Assembly: GCF_036971445.1 (NCBI RefSeq)
Contig: NC_091473.1
Coordinates: 91,264,001 to 91,328,000, forward strand
DNA from: Narcine bancroftii
Taxonomy: Eukaryota
Direction of reading: 5' to 3'
Length of the DNA stretch: 64,000 bases
Below the pieces are notes generated by a model that did no database searches, was not told where the DNA came from, and saw nothing but the letters and a program-made list of their open reading frames with translations. Shown piece by piece: positions 63,623 through 64,000 of this stretch. Positions within the stretch are counted from its first letter, which is position 1. The number at the start of each line of letters is the position of its first letter. The position numbers and the translations under genes are program-made.

Positions 63623-64000
63623 TATATTGCCTTCTGAAACATTTGACATTTGTGTTAATTTCCATCTGCTGTTTCCCTGTTTGTTCTGCTTTTCCTTTCA
63701 TATCATGATGCAGTTGATTGGTGTAAGACAGGTACAGAATCTTTTATCCAAAACCCTTGGACCAGACACTTTTCAGAATTAGGAATTTTTTGGATAACAG
63801 AATAATAGTGACAGTGGTACGTTAAATAATTGCGCTGATTTCAGATTTGCACAAAACAAAGACACACTCCAACTAGAAGGGTCTCTGGACTGGGGGTATT
63901 TGTGGCAGTGCTGGATGGGGTGTTTGCGGCTGCCATCCAAGCTTCCAACACCCCAACAGCAGACCCTCATCCCAGCAGTCTGCCAACAGTAGTTCCAGAT

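Noticed and set aside
63733-64000. Possible Tigger-like MITE start at the window edge
   Set aside because: The second terminus is not in the window, so it cannot be supported.

Overview
Vertebrate genomic DNA, most likely a cartilaginous fish (inferred from HE1/V-type SINEs, CR1, Rex-Babar and Penelope repeats). It holds two + strand genes. The first is the last four coding exons of ROR1 (CRD, kringle, TM and pseudokinase exons, 166-20521). The second is the 5' half of UBE2U, which the ORF track largely misses. I reconstructed four coding micro-exons (32702-32767, 48847-48928, 60537-60629, 61076-61173) that splice in frame into a UBC domain with HPN and the catalytic Cys. A CpG-rich candidate promoter near 30.9-31.06 kb carries CTCF, RFX X-box, ETS and CCAAT motifs. 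The rest is mostly decayed transposons: a three-level nest (CsRN1-like Gypsy and a CR1 inside a Mag-like Gypsy), solo LTRs with TSDs, MITEs, a pogo/POGK-like element, and Penelope fragments with fold-back structures and hammerhead-like motifs. I found no evidence of a wholly new system. The most unusual items are an inverted CR1 pair around a UBE2U micro-exon, a templated-insertion repair scar and the Penelope hairpins. All comparisons to known proteins and motifs are from memory; no searches were run.
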